A stretch of 64,000 nt of DNA from positions 10,542 to 74,541 of the IMG/VR virus record IMGVR_UViG_3300049216_000035; one strand, 5' to 3'. This DNA is from a virus. The position numbers and the translations under genes were made by a program. The notes beneath the pieces are model-generated. The model ran no database searches. It was not told the DNA's origin and was given only the letters and a program-made list of their open reading frames with translations. Of this stretch, positions 39,014 to 49,347 are shown piece by piece. Numbering within the stretch: position 1 is the stretch's first letter; each line of letters opens with the position of its first letter.

Positions 39014-39229
39014 TTAGCTCGGAGTCGTGACCGTAGCCGCGATAGCGACGAAGACCTTCTGATTCTGAGAAACAAGGTTGCCGCTAATGATAATCGCGTT
39101 GCCAGCAGCCGCAGCCGAGTTCATCGCCGTGGCGTCGGTCTGCGCCGCGCTCAGGGTCGAATACTCAGCTACCAGGTCTTCGCCGAACTGGGTCCGATAC
39201 TGGATGAAACCACCCGATGCGGTAGCCAT
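39014..39229 (-). CDS. Small probable virion protein
   Basis: Ala/Thr-rich 71 aa, downstream of the capsid gene. Confidence 0.55.
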   Translation of the reverse strand: MATASGGFIQYRTQFGEDLVAEYSTLSAAQTDATAMNSAAAAGNAIIISGNLVSQNQKVFVAIAATVTTPS

Positions 39230-39867
39230 TACGCTGCTTTCCTTACTGCCCAGCGCGTCAGTTGTGCGTCGCGCATCTTCTGACGAGTCTCTGGGCTGTG
39301 TTTCTTGCCTCGCAACGCGACGCTATTGGCGGCACCAATCTTCGCGCGATGTTCGGGCGTGAGTTTCGCACCCTTTCGCCCCTTCACCGCAGCCGCGACC
39401 ATGATCGCCTTCTGCTCGGGGGTGTACTGGTACGGATTAGCCAGCTTCGATGCCCTGATCTTCTCTTTTTTCTCTGTTGAACAAGGAATGCGTCGCTTAT
39501 CGCCAGCCTTCTTTTGTGCCGCTGCGGAGTTGACTTTACGCCGTGCTATCGTCTCCGGGGAGAGATGGAACAACGGCGAATCAGCCGACTTAGTAGCATT
39601 GTATACTGGCTCTAATTTGTTAATCCAGTATTGTTCAAGGGCTACACGCTTTTCCGGCTCGCACAGTTCGATCACAAAGAAGTCGAACTGATCTTCACCA
39701 TACTTTGCCCACGCGGCCCGCAGATGCGGGGTAACGTGCCCACCTGTTCTGAGTCGGTGCAAGTGCTGACGCCACCGGGAGTGGATGTCGATACTCGACC
39801 CTATGTACATGTTGCTGTTAATCTTGTTCTGGATTCCGTAGACTCCAGATAGTCTTTTTGACGCCAT
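39229..39867 (-). CDS. GIY-YIG homing endonuclease with NUMOD3 repeats
   Basis: GVYGIQN...MYIGSS..RW..H; HSPETRQKM; probable leaderless start 6 nt after TATACT. Confidence 0.9.
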   Translation of the reverse strand: MASKRLSGVYGIQNKINSNMYIGSSIDIHSRWRQHLHRLRTGGHVTPHLRAAWAKYGEDQFDFFVIELCEPEKRVALEQYWINKLEPVYNATKSADSPLFHLSPETIARRKVNSAAAQKKAGDKRRIPCSTEKKEKIRASKLANPYQYTPEQKAIMVAAAVKGRKGAKLTPEHRAKIGAANSVALRGKKHSPETRQKMRDAQLTRWAVRKAA

Positions 39868-39888
39868 ATACCTAGTATAACTCATACT

Positions 39889-39930
39889 AGAGTGTGACAG
39901 TTACCCTACATAAGCAGAGTGTGACAGTTA
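39889..39930. repeat. 15-bp direct repeat AGAGTGTGACAGTTA (two copies)
   Basis: Copies at 39889-39903 and 39916-39930. Confidence 0.85.
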
Positions 39931-41076
39931 TATGCCATTTCCGGCGTATAGGTAACGGTACTCGATGACCGCCGTCGCGTAGCGACGACGAACACGGTAG
40001 CGATACTCGTCCTTTTCGAAGGACGCGCCAGCGTTGCGGGCTTCCTGGAGCAGTTCGAGCGGATCGCGATCCTGCCACACGATGGACGTTTTCGGTTCCA
40101 TCAGGTACCAGTAACCGTTGCCCGAGCCGTCAACAGGCAGCCATCGGCTGATCTTCAGCGTGTAGAGGCCCTGAAGGGGATTGATCGTCCCAGACCAACC
40201 CGTCGCGCCACCGCTGAAGAAGGCCGTCTGCGTCGCGCCCGTACCATTGGTCGTGGTATTCGGAACGCTCGGTTGCAGCGTCGAGTTCAACAGCTTCGCA
40301 GCGTTGAACTTTTCAGCCGGAGCCGTGAGCAGAACGCCCGGCTTGACCATGATCTTGTTCCCGAGGGGATCGACCATGTTCATCAGAGCGATGTCGGCAG
40401 CTTCGAGGCCAGCCTGCGAGAGCTTCGCATACGAGGTCGGACGGTTGCCGATGGCAGTCGTGTACGACGTGTTCGCGACGCCCGTGATACCACGACCCTG
40501 GGTCGTGATCTTGAAGACATCGACGCCCATAACGTCCGCTTCTTCTTTGTAGCGGAGGCGCTGGCCGAGGCCCGTCGCGCGCTGTTCGATCTGGCCCGTC
40601 TGATCGTCATCAATCAGTTCGCGCTCGACCGTGAACATGCGACCGACCTTCTTGTTGACGACTTCCACGTCAAGGCCGGACACACGCGAGTCCTCGAACT
40701 TGCCGCCGAGCGGCACGTCACGCGGAATCTCGACGCCGAACATCGGGGCGTACCATTCTTGGCGATTGCTCGACGGACGCGCCGACACGAGGTCGGTATA
40801 CACGAAGTCGTCAACGCTCTTGTACGCATCGAACATGAAGTGCTGGACGCCGTAGCGCAGGAGTTGGCCGAAGGCCGTCTCCGACGTGGCTTCCGAGAGC
40901 TTCGCTTCAGCTTCCTGAAGGTTCTTGTTGAGACGGCCGAAGCTAAAGTTGTCGGACTCTAAGAGTTCCTCATACTTCTTCGGATCGACTTTCGCCGAGC
41001 GGCGGATCGATTCACCGAGGCGCGTTTGCTGCGCTTCGAGTGCGATTGCCTGACGCTCGATCAGAGACTTTCTCAT
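39928..41076 (-). CDS. Major capsid protein (Mu gpT/HK97-like)
   Basis: KKVGRMFTVERELIDDD..G, MVDPLG..IMVKPGVLLTAP, WYLM; position after scaffold and decoration genes. Confidence 0.88.
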   Translation of the reverse strand: MRKSLIERQAIALEAQQTRLGESIRRSAKVDPKKYEELLESDNFSFGRLNKNLQEAEAKLSEATSETAFGQLLRYGVQHFMFDAYKSVDDFVYTDLVSARPSSNRQEWYAPMFGVEIPRDVPLGGKFEDSRVSGLDVEVVNKKVGRMFTVERELIDDDQTGQIEQRATGLGQRLRYKEEADVMGVDVFKITTQGRGITGVANTSYTTAIGNRPTSYAKLSQAGLEAADIALMNMVDPLGNKIMVKPGVLLTAPAEKFNAAKLLNSTLQPSVPNTTTNGTGATQTAFFSGGATGWSGTINPLQGLYTLKISRWLPVDGSGNGYWYLMEPKTSIVWQDRDPLELLQEARNAGASFEKDEYRYRVRRRYATAVIEYRYLYAGNGI

Positions 41077-41093
41077 ATCTGTTCCTTAGCTCC

Positions 41094-41603
41094 TTACGCC
41101 AGCGTCGGGGTCGGATACGTTGCGACCACCGCAATCGGGATCGTTACGCCAGCCGCGCCCGTCACCGAGAGCGTACCGTTCATAATGAACTCGTTCGGAA
41201 GAATGACGTAGCCAATCTTCACCGTGCGAGCGCCGGAGTTCGTGCTGACCGTAACGGTCTGCGCGTCGGCAGTCTCGTTGAAGTAGACTGGCGCGAGGTG
41301 CGTGTAAACGTCACCCGCCGTCGTCTTGAAGTTGAAGACGTTCTTGAACGCCACTTCGAGCGTCAGAAGAATATCGTTCAACGAGTTGAGGATCGAGTTC
41401 TGAGTCGCGACGCCAATGTACTTGGCGAGGTCGGCCTGCGTGACCGCCGTGCGCGCTCCACCCGAGCCGCCGTTCAACGTCGTGTCAAAGACAACGATGT
41501 CGCCCTGATTCACAACGTCGGTACCCGACTGATCGGGCGCGTAGATCAGCGTCCCGTCATCGATGTCCTTGTTGTGCGTGTTTTGTGCCCCAGCAGTAGA
41601 CAT
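41094..41603 (-). CDS. Capsid decoration protein
   Basis: Thr/Gly-rich beta protein between scaffold and MCP. Confidence 0.65.
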   Translation of the reverse strand: MSTAGAQNTHNKDIDDGTLIYAPDQSGTDVVNQGDIVVFDTTLNGGSGGARTAVTQADLAKYIGVATQNSILNSLNDILLTLEVAFKNVFNFKTTAGDVYTHLAPVYFNETADAQTVTVSTNSGARTVKIGYVILPNEFIMNGTLSVTGAAGVTIPIAVVATYPTPTLA

Positions 41604-41607
41604 CTAC

Positions 41608-43305
41608 TTAGACTCCCATTCCCGCGAAGATGATCGATTCGTTGGCACGAGCATCGCTCTCGCGAATCTGGACCTGGCGACCGGGGTTGCCGACGATCTT
41701 CTTCGTGCCGATTTCGGCAACGTAGTTGACCTCAGTCTCGATCAGAGAGTCCATCTCCTCAGCCGTCTTGCCAACAAGCGACGGGAGAAGTTTGGTGGCC
41801 GCAGCCGCCGGGAGATTGCTCTCCTTCAGCTTGTTCTTGGCCGTCTCGATAGACTCGCGCATCTCATTTTTGGTGCGCTCTGCCTTGAGTTCTTTCTTGA
41901 GGCGCGCTACTTCGGCCGCAGCTTCCGCGCGAGCTTCCGTGAGCGCCGCTTGGAAAGCCGAACTATTGCGCGAGCGAACATCGCTCTCTTTAGTTTTAGA
42001 TTCCGAAGTCTGCTCGGACTCATCGTCCTCGTCATCATCGTCATCTTGCGGGGCTTGTTCGCCCTTCGCAACGAACGGCGGGGCTTTCTTCCCACCGAAA
42101 TTGGCCGTGCCAGCTTCCTTAGCTTTCGCCTCGGACATGCTCTCGGAACACTCGTCGCACTTGCAGTCGTCCTTGTGCGCTTCTTTCATGTCCGTGCCGC
42201 TGGTGAGAGCTTCAACGAGCGTTGCGAGGTCTTCCGGGTCAACCGAACCCTCTTTGCTCTGAGCCTTCAGCCGCTTGGCAGTCTCCACGAGTTTCTTGTC
42301 CATCGTAGCTCCCTTATCGCTTTCGACTAGTGCGAGGAATCTGCCGCCCCGCGCGGGTTTCGTGACCAGATCGGCGCTGAAGGCGTCCGTAATCGAGTTC
42401 ACATAGTTGACGGACATGCCGCCCACATCTTTAGGTGACACGTCGCCGTCTGCATTGATGCTGATACCAGCGTAGACTTTGTTTGGAAATTGCTTCGAAT
42501 ACGCAATCGCCTCTTTGATGAGGCCAACCGCCCAGTCTTGTCCGTCCTGAATCTTGAGCTTGGCAGCGATAGCCGTCTTGCCGTTGTTCTGGACGATGTG
42601 CGAATCGAAGTAGTAACCGAACAGATCGCGCACCGAGCGTTCGGGACGATCAGTCTCTTCGAACGCGCTCGGATGATCCGCATACGCTTGCGCGCCATCG
42701 AACACTTTGTTGGCGACCGCTTTGATGAGCGTGTCTGCCGCGTAATAGTGCTTGTCGCGCTTGTTGCCCAGACCTTCCTCAATGATAATCACGCTCGCGG
42801 TGCGAGTCGCATCATCGTAGGTGCCTTCGATCAGACGAGGATTGAAGACCAGCGTTTCACGGAGGTTCTGAACCGACTCTGTTATCGCCGACTCTTTACT
42901 CTTCGTGCCGAGCATCTTGTGCGCTCGTACTTTGATCTTCTTCTTATCTTCTGCCGAGAGGTTCTTGCCTCGCGATAGCATCTGGAGCGCCAGCCGTGCA
43001 TGCTTCTTGTCCGGCATCGGGAACCGACCACCGGGAAGAGTCTCAGTACGCTGACGTACCTTTTTGCCTACCGCCTCTTCGATGCTGTTGTCGGTCGGAT
43101 GAGTCGTCTCAGGAGAGATCGTATCCGTCCGGCGAGTCTTGGCATCGAAGGGTCCGGGCACTTTTTCAGTTTTCAAAGGCAGATAGGCCCTCGACTTACC
43201 AAGTCGGGGCTGTGCACCGTCCCGGAAGAGTTGTCCGGCCGCAGTTCCAGACTGCGCCTGACGCGAGGCGACCATCATTCTCACCCTTATCCGCCACGAA
43301 GTCAC
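41608..43305 (-). CDS. Prohead protease / scaffold fusion
   Basis: YADHP..ERSVRDL, GISINADG, SADLVTKPARGG protease core plus acidic coiled-coil scaffold. Confidence 0.8.
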   Translation of the reverse strand: MTSWRIRVRMMVASRQAQSGTAAGQLFRDGAQPRLGKSRAYLPLKTEKVPGPFDAKTRRTDTISPETTHPTDNSIEEAVGKKVRQRTETLPGGRFPMPDKKHARLALQMLSRGKNLSAEDKKKIKVRAHKMLGTKSKESAITESVQNLRETLVFNPRLIEGTYDDATRTASVIIIEEGLGNKRDKHYYAADTLIKAVANKVFDGAQAYADHPSAFEETDRPERSVRDLFGYYFDSHIVQNNGKTAIAAKLKIQDGQDWAVGLIKEAIAYSKQFPNKVYAGISINADGDVSPKDVGGMSVNYVNSITDAFSADLVTKPARGGRFLALVESDKGATMDKKLVETAKRLKAQSKEGSVDPEDLATLVEALTSGTDMKEAHKDDCKCDECSESMSEAKAKEAGTANFGGKKAPPFVAKGEQAPQDDDDDEDDESEQTSESKTKESDVRSRNSSAFQAALTEARAEAAAEVARLKKELKAERTKNEMRESIETAKNKLKESNLPAAAATKLLPSLVGKTAEEMDSLIETEVNYVAEIGTKKIVGNPGRQVQIRESDARANESIIFAGMGV

Positions 43306-43368
43306 ATTATTGTGGGGATAACGATAGAAACGGCAGGCTTAAATAAGAGTAGATAAGAAGATGGGCGC

Positions 43369-43899
43369 ATGAGTAAAGCACCAGTTCCTAGTCCTGGAAC
43401 CCGCTATCCAGGACTGCGCGGGAACCTCACCGACATGTTCAAGCGAAACGCGGGCAAATCGTTTGACATCACCCAACTTCGAAAGTCTTTCAAGGGCGTC
43501 TCCGAGTCGGCCCTGACCTACCACCTGAGCCAGATGAAGGCCGAGAAGCTGATCGACACCCCAAAGCGGGGGTTCTATATCCTAAACCCGGAACACAAAA
43601 CGGTCGAACAGATCAGGGAAGAGATTGCGAACCGCCCCAACCCCACTAGGATCGTTACCTCAGACGACGGCTTCGCTTATGGCAAGCAGAACGGGATCAC
43701 TGGCGTCGACACATATTGGAAGCGCCTCCTCCACCGCTCTATCGAGAGTCTAATAGTACGCACTGAGAGTGCTGCCCCCGCCAAGGAAGTTTTCACGTCC
43801 GAGGATCGGGACTTAGTTCGTGAACTGCTTCAGATCGCCACAGGCGAGCGTGAGGCTGGCAACGCCCGCATGAACGTAAAAGAAACAGCCCCCGCTTAA
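43369..43899 (+). CDS. Winged-helix DNA-binding protein
   Basis: VSESALTYHLSQMKAEKLIDTPKRGFY; divergent from the head operon. Confidence 0.65.
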   Translation: MSKAPVPSPGTRYPGLRGNLTDMFKRNAGKSFDITQLRKSFKGVSESALTYHLSQMKAEKLIDTPKRGFYILNPEHKTVEQIREEIANRPNPTRIVTSDDGFAYGKQNGITGVDTYWKRLLHRSIESLIVRTESAAPAKEVFTSEDRDLVRELLQIATGEREAGNARMNVKETAPA

Positions 43900-43910
43900 G
43901 GGGCTGTTTC
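43881..43910. terminator. Hairpin between convergent genes
   Basis: gaaacagcccc-cgcttaa-ggggctgtttc. Confidence 0.65.
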
Positions 43911-44232
43911 GATCCTGGACTTCGGTACTCGTGGTCTTCGGATAATGGCAATCATACTGAGAGGGGCTGGCCGCTCGGCATACTGTCTGTCGCTCAGGTA
44001 CCAGACGATCATCCCCCGCGTGGGGTGATCCTCCAGCCGCGTAACTGTACCGTTCTCGGCGCGGTAGAGTGAGTCGCCCTTGCGGTGGACTCTGACGCCG
44101 GGCACGAGGCCCTTGGTGGAAGTCCTCACGGACAGTGCGTCCCGCCGTAGTATTCCTCGCCACAGACCGGGCACGTTAGATAGCGCATGAATGATAATCC
44201 GGGGGCCGTTGCCGACCCCCGGTTCCTTTCTC

Positions 44233-45285
44233 TTAGTTGAGGGAGAGGGCCGTCGATGCGATCCGTTCGAGTGCCACCCGAGCGTCGGGCTGGAGTTCGC
44301 GGGCCGTCGCCGTGATCGCGTTGACCACATCGTACTGGGTCGCGGTGTTGTCCGGCGCGATGTCCGGTTGGAGTTCGGCGAAGATCGCCTTCTCTTCGCG
44401 CTTCGTCACGCGGTTGCGGGCCAGTAGGTTCCGCAGGTACTCGTCCACGTTGTCGATGGTCAGCCCTTGGCTGGCCGCGAACTGTTGGGCGAAGACTTGC
44501 GAGCCCCGGACGATCTCCTCGGCCTGCTCGACCACATACTTGGCGAGGTCCGAGGTGTCCCCGAAGTGGCGCTTCGAGAGTTGAACGTCGCCCTTACCGA
44601 AGGGCTTCACGAGGCCGTTCGCGCAGACCAACCGGTAGACTCCACCCTGAAGCCCGGTCGATCCGAGGCCGACTTCGCTGTTCGAGAGGTGGAGCATCGG
44701 GAAGAGGAAGTCTTCCGAGCCCTTCGGGAGGAAGCTGGTGTGCCCGGCGGCCGTCGCAGCATTGATCGCTTGGCTCTTGTCGCCGAAGCGGACGTGGAAG
44801 CTGCGATCCGTCTGCCAGAACTCCATGATTGAGAGGTCGGCCAGTCCGGCGTTCGCGAGGGCGTCGTGGGCGGCTTCGAGGACTTCGCGGTCATCGAGGA
44901 TGCCGTACTTGTCGGAGAGGAACGCGCGGGCTTCGAACCCGGTCGATCCGCCCTGAAGGGTGCGGACCAGGAGGTCTTTGTCCTGAGGCTGCACGTTCAG
45001 CCAGTAGTTGACGTGCGGGACGATCAGGTCGCCCTGGCCGCGCTTCAGCATCTCTGCGGTGTACGGGGCCGGGAGTCCAATGCGGCGAGCCATCTGGCTC
45101 AGGCCGAGGTCGTTCAGACCGTAGCTGACGCCGTTAGCCGCGTCATTGATGTAGAGTTCCTTGCCGTTCGTGTCGGCCGAGAGTGCGCCGAACTTAGTCG
45201 TAAAGTCCGCCGCCTTGGAGGCGCGGGCTTCGACCGCTTGGGTGATGGCTTCCCAGGTCTTGGGGAGCGTGAGGGTTGTCGTCAT
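44233..45285 (-). CDS. DUF932/DUF945-like phage protein
   Basis: RAFLSDKY, LSNSEVG, YRLVCANG, NAITATA. Confidence 0.75.
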   Translation of the reverse strand: MTTTLTLPKTWEAITQAVEARASKAADFTTKFGALSADTNGKELYINDAANGVSYGLNDLGLSQMARRIGLPAPYTAEMLKRGQGDLIVPHVNYWLNVQPQDKDLLVRTLQGGSTGFEARAFLSDKYGILDDREVLEAAHDALANAGLADLSIMEFWQTDRSFHVRFGDKSQAINAATAAGHTSFLPKGSEDFLFPMLHLSNSEVGLGSTGLQGGVYRLVCANGLVKPFGKGDVQLSKRHFGDTSDLAKYVVEQAEEIVRGSQVFAQQFAASQGLTIDNVDEYLRNLLARNRVTKREEKAIFAELQPDIAPDNTATQYDVVNAITATARELQPDARVALERIASTALSLN

Positions 45286-45602
45286 TGGTGGGTGTCTAGC
45301 CTTTCAGAAGTAGTGGTTACACCCCTTAGACCGCAGAACTAGAACGTGGGTTGCAAAACTAGTCCCGATAGCCGGAGTGTGATATGGAGGACAGTCTAGC
45401 TAGACTCCCTAGACTTGAAACCTAGACTTCGGGAGTCGGGTTATGAGGGATGTATGAAGACACTGAACACCGCCGAGTTAGAACTCGAACTCCAAAAGCA
45501 CAAGAAGCGTCCCCACAAAGGCATGGGCTTCGTGCAGTACGGCTGCTCGACTTGCCGGATGCTGGAGTACGCGCTCGCGAATCGTAAAGCGAAAGGGAAG
45601 CC

Positions 45603-45800
45603 GTGAACTTAGACTGCAAAGCCTGCGGGGGCGAGTCCCCCGCCGAACAGTTCGGATCGAACACCTACGGTACCACGAACGCTCGCGAACTTCTCGGTAA
45701 GTACAAGAGCGAACTGTCCGCGACTCAACGCAAGAACCTGGACGGGGCAGTCGCACACCTTAACGAGGCGCGCCGCCTGCTGAACGAGGTGAACCAATAG
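45603..45800 (+). CDS. Small hypothetical protein
   Basis: In a short + strand operon downstream of a promoter-like motif. Confidence 0.45.
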   Translation: MNLDCKACGGESPAEQFGSNTYGTTNARELLGKYKSELSATQRKNLDGAVAHLNEARRLLNEVNQ

Positions 45801-45936
45801 AAATGTACACGATCACCAAGCCAGACGGCTCACTTTACTTCGTCGGTGAACCGAAAGCATGCCTAGAGGTCTGGAAGCAGCACCCCACCTACCTCGTGCG
45901 TGAGGGGCTGCTGACGGAACGCAAGAGGCTAGAAGC

Positions 45937-46293
45937 ATGCGCCTAAATCTCAAACGTGCCGCCGTACTGGCGCTCTACCTACTCGCGGGCGCGGGGATCG
46001 GCGAGAAGATGCTCTTACAAGAACACGAGATGCACGCTGCCACCACCGTCTGCGGGCATCCGAAGTACGTTCGGGTCGTATGGTCACTCCCCGGCCAGCG
46101 CGATGACGACTATTCCGACGACGGGGCGTTTGTTCCCGACTGCGGGTCTATCGATCCGGGCAGGGAGTCAGCGATCCTACAAGGCATGGCTGACCCACCG
46201 CACCAACCGACACCTGACGAGGTGAATGATAATCTCCGTCAGATCACGGCGGACGACGCAGCATTTGCCGCTAGGCTCTCAAAATTGAAGTAG
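45937..46293 (+). CDS. Membrane-anchored or exported hypothetical protein
   Basis: N-terminal hydrophobic helix; GAGGCTAGA upstream. Confidence 0.55.
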   Translation: MRLNLKRAAVLALYLLAGAGIGEKMLLQEHEMHAATTVCGHPKYVRVVWSLPGQRDDDYSDDGAFVPDCGSIDPGRESAILQGMADPPHQPTPDEVNDNLRQITADDAAFAARLSKLK

Positions 46294-46973
46294 GGGCAGC
46301 GCGCCCCACCTCGCACTGCCCCCGTCCACACGCGAAAGCCACCCTGGAGGACTAGGGGGCTCTCAAGCTGCGGACTCTTACAAGTCTACCAGATACGGCT
46401 TGTAGGTGTGGCCGAGTTCCGGGCACTGGAAGTGGAAGTGGAAGTCAGCTATTGGGACACAGGCAAAGTCATGGAAATCGCACTGCTTCGCCTTGGTCAA
46501 GACATAGTGGCCTTCCGTGTCGGTCGCTCGTTGGATCGCCATTACGAAGTCCTCGAACTCTATCGGGCGAAGGTGAACGAGAGTCACGCCGGAACCTCAC
46601 GGTACCGGAGTACGGGCTGGCCGCCGTTGGACGTGTCGGTATACTGCTCGGCCCGAACGCCCCCAAACATCAGGGTGCGAACGCGGTCCTCAACCAGCTT
46701 GCCGAACGCATCTCGATCCTGGTAGTAGGCATTGTTGCCGTAAGTATCCCAGATACGCTGGCGTACAAGGCCGCGAAGTAGATCAATCTCCGCGAGGGTG
46801 TAGGAGAAGCGGGAGTCTACCAACTTAACGGTTCACTCGGCGCGCGATCCGCGCCGCCTTGTTGGCCTTGCGCCGGGCAGGCTTGCGGGCCTTAACCGCG
46901 TTCGCTTCGACTTTCTTGTGCATCCGCGCCATCATTACGCGGAACCAGGGTGGTACGAGTCTCGTAGACTTCA

Positions 46974-47639
46974 TCAGAATGTCTCCTCACCGTCGATGGC
47001 ATAGGGATCGTCTGCACTGCTATAGCTCCCCGCCGCTCCGTTCATAAAGCACTGCGGGCAACCGGGGACCGTGCGATTGAAAATGTAGCCGTGACCGTTA
47101 CGGCAGGCGTAGACTGGCTCGCCAGCCGCGTCGAGTCGCGCGCACTGATCGCCCCACTGATTCTTCTCGCCGGGCACGACCTTCGGTGCTTGCGGCGTGG
47201 CCGGGAGGTCTGGCTCCGCGAAGGCGGCGTTCAGGTTGCTCGCGTTCTTCTCGCCGACGATGGGGACGTAGTTAGCGCGGAGTCTGTTCTGCGCTTCAAG
47301 AGCAGCGTCGGCCGCTGCGTTAATGTTGTCGATGTCTTCCTGAGTGAAGCCCCTGGCTATCTCTTTGGGGCCGAGGACTGCCCGGCCAGTGCCGCCCTGC
47401 GTCAGCGACGCGCGAATATCCGCGATGTCTAGCTCGGGGGTGCCGGGCGGGAACTTCGCGGGCGGCTCTACGTCTGCCGGATCGCGAATGCTAATGGCGA
47501 CACCGGACTTGCGTGTCGGGATCGCGCCGGGCGGGGCACCCGTGATACCAGACTCCAGACGTAGACGGACTCCAGGATCGAGTCCTGGGCCGACGTTGGC
47601 TAAGATGTCCCGGACTTCAGGGCCAGAGAGCGTAACCAT
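46974..47639 (-). CDS. Pro-rich hypothetical protein with C-terminal Cys/His cluster
   Basis: CRNGH...CPQC. Confidence 0.55.
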   Translation of the reverse strand: MVTLSGPEVRDILANVGPGLDPGVRLRLESGITGAPPGAIPTRKSGVAISIRDPADVEPPAKFPPGTPELDIADIRASLTQGGTGRAVLGPKEIARGFTQEDIDNINAAADAALEAQNRLRANYVPIVGEKNASNLNAAFAEPDLPATPQAPKVVPGEKNQWGDQCARLDAAGEPVYACRNGHGYIFNRTVPGCPQCFMNGAAGSYSSADDPYAIDGEETF

Positions 47640-47938
47640 TACGCCTTAGCCCCGTGCCACTTGAACACGTCTAGCTCCGGCAGTTCGTTCAGCAGGTCTT
47701 CCGGTGCGCCGGAAGCCTCGGCTAAGTCAGCGTAGCGCCGAAGTTCTTCAGCGAACATCTTGCGCGTGAAATGCGGTGGGCTCGTGATCGTCAGGACGTG
47801 GTTCTCGTTCTTCACGCGGCGTATCCTCGCGGCTGCGCCGCACCAGTCCCACGGCACTTGCCGCAGGTGACTTCCTCGAAGCTCCCAATCTCACGGATCG
47901 AGCCCCAGCCCTTACAGCGATGGCAGTGAACCACCGGA

Positions 47939-48724
47939 TCATATTCCACGCAGAACGGCATCGATTACCTCATCAGGATTCCAGTCGGGGCGTTCTGGCC
48001 CGAGCGACCGGACTTGGATAGACTCCGGCTCGGCTACCCACGCTTCGGGGTAGATCACCGGGGAGAGTACAACGTGACGCTTCACCCCCACCACTTGGGC
48101 GAGTCGGCTAGGGCCGGAGTCTATGGAGAGAACTCCGAACTCTGCCTTACGCATCAGATAGCCGACATCGGATAGGGGTCGGCCATAGTAGTAGTCTACC
48201 TCATCCCAGGGTTGAGGATCACTGGCTGCGCCAACAACCGTGATCGGAACGTCCGCCCCAAGAAACGATTCGATGACATAGTTCCACTTCTCGACTGGCC
48301 ACATGCGGTCGCGATCCTGGGTGAAGGGCGCGATCACGAGCCCCGCTTGCGGGACATCCGGCTTGTCGAAGGTCCCCGTTTCCTTGTTGAAGACTTCGAG
48401 CAAGTCGATACGGGCCTTGGGGATCGGCACCCCCGGCAGTCCGGCTTCCTTGAGGTAGTGCTGCTCGGGGGTACCGAGTCCACGCCCCCACCTACGGAAG
48501 CAGTTCTGGATCGAGAAGTGCTTGACGTGATAGAGCCCCGACTCCGGTATCTCGGAAATAGACTTCGCGTTGCGGGGGCGCATGAGGAGTTCTACCTCCG
48601 CGTTCAGCGAATGGAGGTAGACCAGTTTACGATCCTTCGCAAGAACCTGGACGGCATGCATAGCGCAGATCGCGTCCCCAATGTTCGGATCGGAGACGAT
48701 AATGACGGTGGGTATCTCAGGCAT
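47939..48724 (-). CDS. Glycosyltransferase family 9 (heptosyltransferase-like)
   Basis: NIGDAIC, RMWPVEKW, LSIDSGPSRLA. Confidence 0.78.
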   Translation of the reverse strand: MPEIPTVIIVSDPNIGDAICAMHAVQVLAKDRKLVYLHSLNAEVELLMRPRNAKSISEIPESGLYHVKHFSIQNCFRRWGRGLGTPEQHYLKEAGLPGVPIPKARIDLLEVFNKETGTFDKPDVPQAGLVIAPFTQDRDRMWPVEKWNYVIESFLGADVPITVVGAASDPQPWDEVDYYYGRPLSDVGYLMRKAEFGVLSIDSGPSRLAQVVGVKRHVVLSPVIYPEAWVAEPESIQVRSLGPERPDWNPDEVIDAVLRGI

Positions 48725-48846
48725 CGTGCCACTTCACCAAGCAGAACGGCCCGAACCAATACCGCGAGAAGTTCGACGTTACGAAGCCGCCCATAAAACC
48801 GCCATCGTAATGGCGACGCCGGAACAAGAAGTAGCGGTTCCCAAAG

Positions 48847-49347
48847 TTAGGCACTCGTGAGCGCCTTTCGCGGCGTACCGCCCATCGGAATCGGGGGCTT
48901 CGGATCGCTGCGCGGGGGTGACTTCAGCAGCATGATAATCTTCACCACGTCGCTGGCTGGGTCGCCCGTGCCCTCGAAGATCATGCGGGTCTTACCCCCG
49001 GTCATACCGTTCAGCCAGATCGCCAGATCGACTTCCACGTTCGCGCCGACCGAGTTCTCCCAACCCGGTAAGCAGTAGATGATGTCCGCCTCGGCGACCC
49101 GTTCGAGGTCCCACTTCGCGAACGTCTCCCACGGATCGAGATTGAGATAGTCGGCACTCGTTGCCCCGGTCGTGGGGTCGAAGCCCATCTCACGATCATG
49201 GTCGGCTGGGCTAAAGACGGTGATCCCCGCAGCCGCGAACATATCGCGCGCCTCATCGAACGCGGGGAAGTTCCAGAGCGGAAACGACCTCATTGGACCT
49301 GAAAGATAGACAGAGTACCTACGCATGTTCACTCCAGATTCGGCCAC
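48847..49347 (-). CDS. Nucleoside 2-deoxyribosyltransferase-like (DUF4406)
   Basis: VYLSGPM..NFPAF, FSPAD, LPGWENSVGANVE. Confidence 0.8.
   Translation of the reverse strand: MAESGVNMRRYSVYLSGPMRSFPLWNFPAFDEARDMFAAAGITVFSPADHDREMGFDPTTGATSADYLNLDPWETFAKWDLERVAEADIIYCLPGWENSVGANVEVDLAIWLNGMTGGKTRMIFEGTGDPASDVVKIIMLLKSPPRSDPKPPIPMGGTPRKALTSA

Noticed and set aside
46292-46377. HDV-like (theta) ribozyme
   Set aside because: Could not assemble the P1/P1.1/P2/P3 nesting with a catalytic J4/2.
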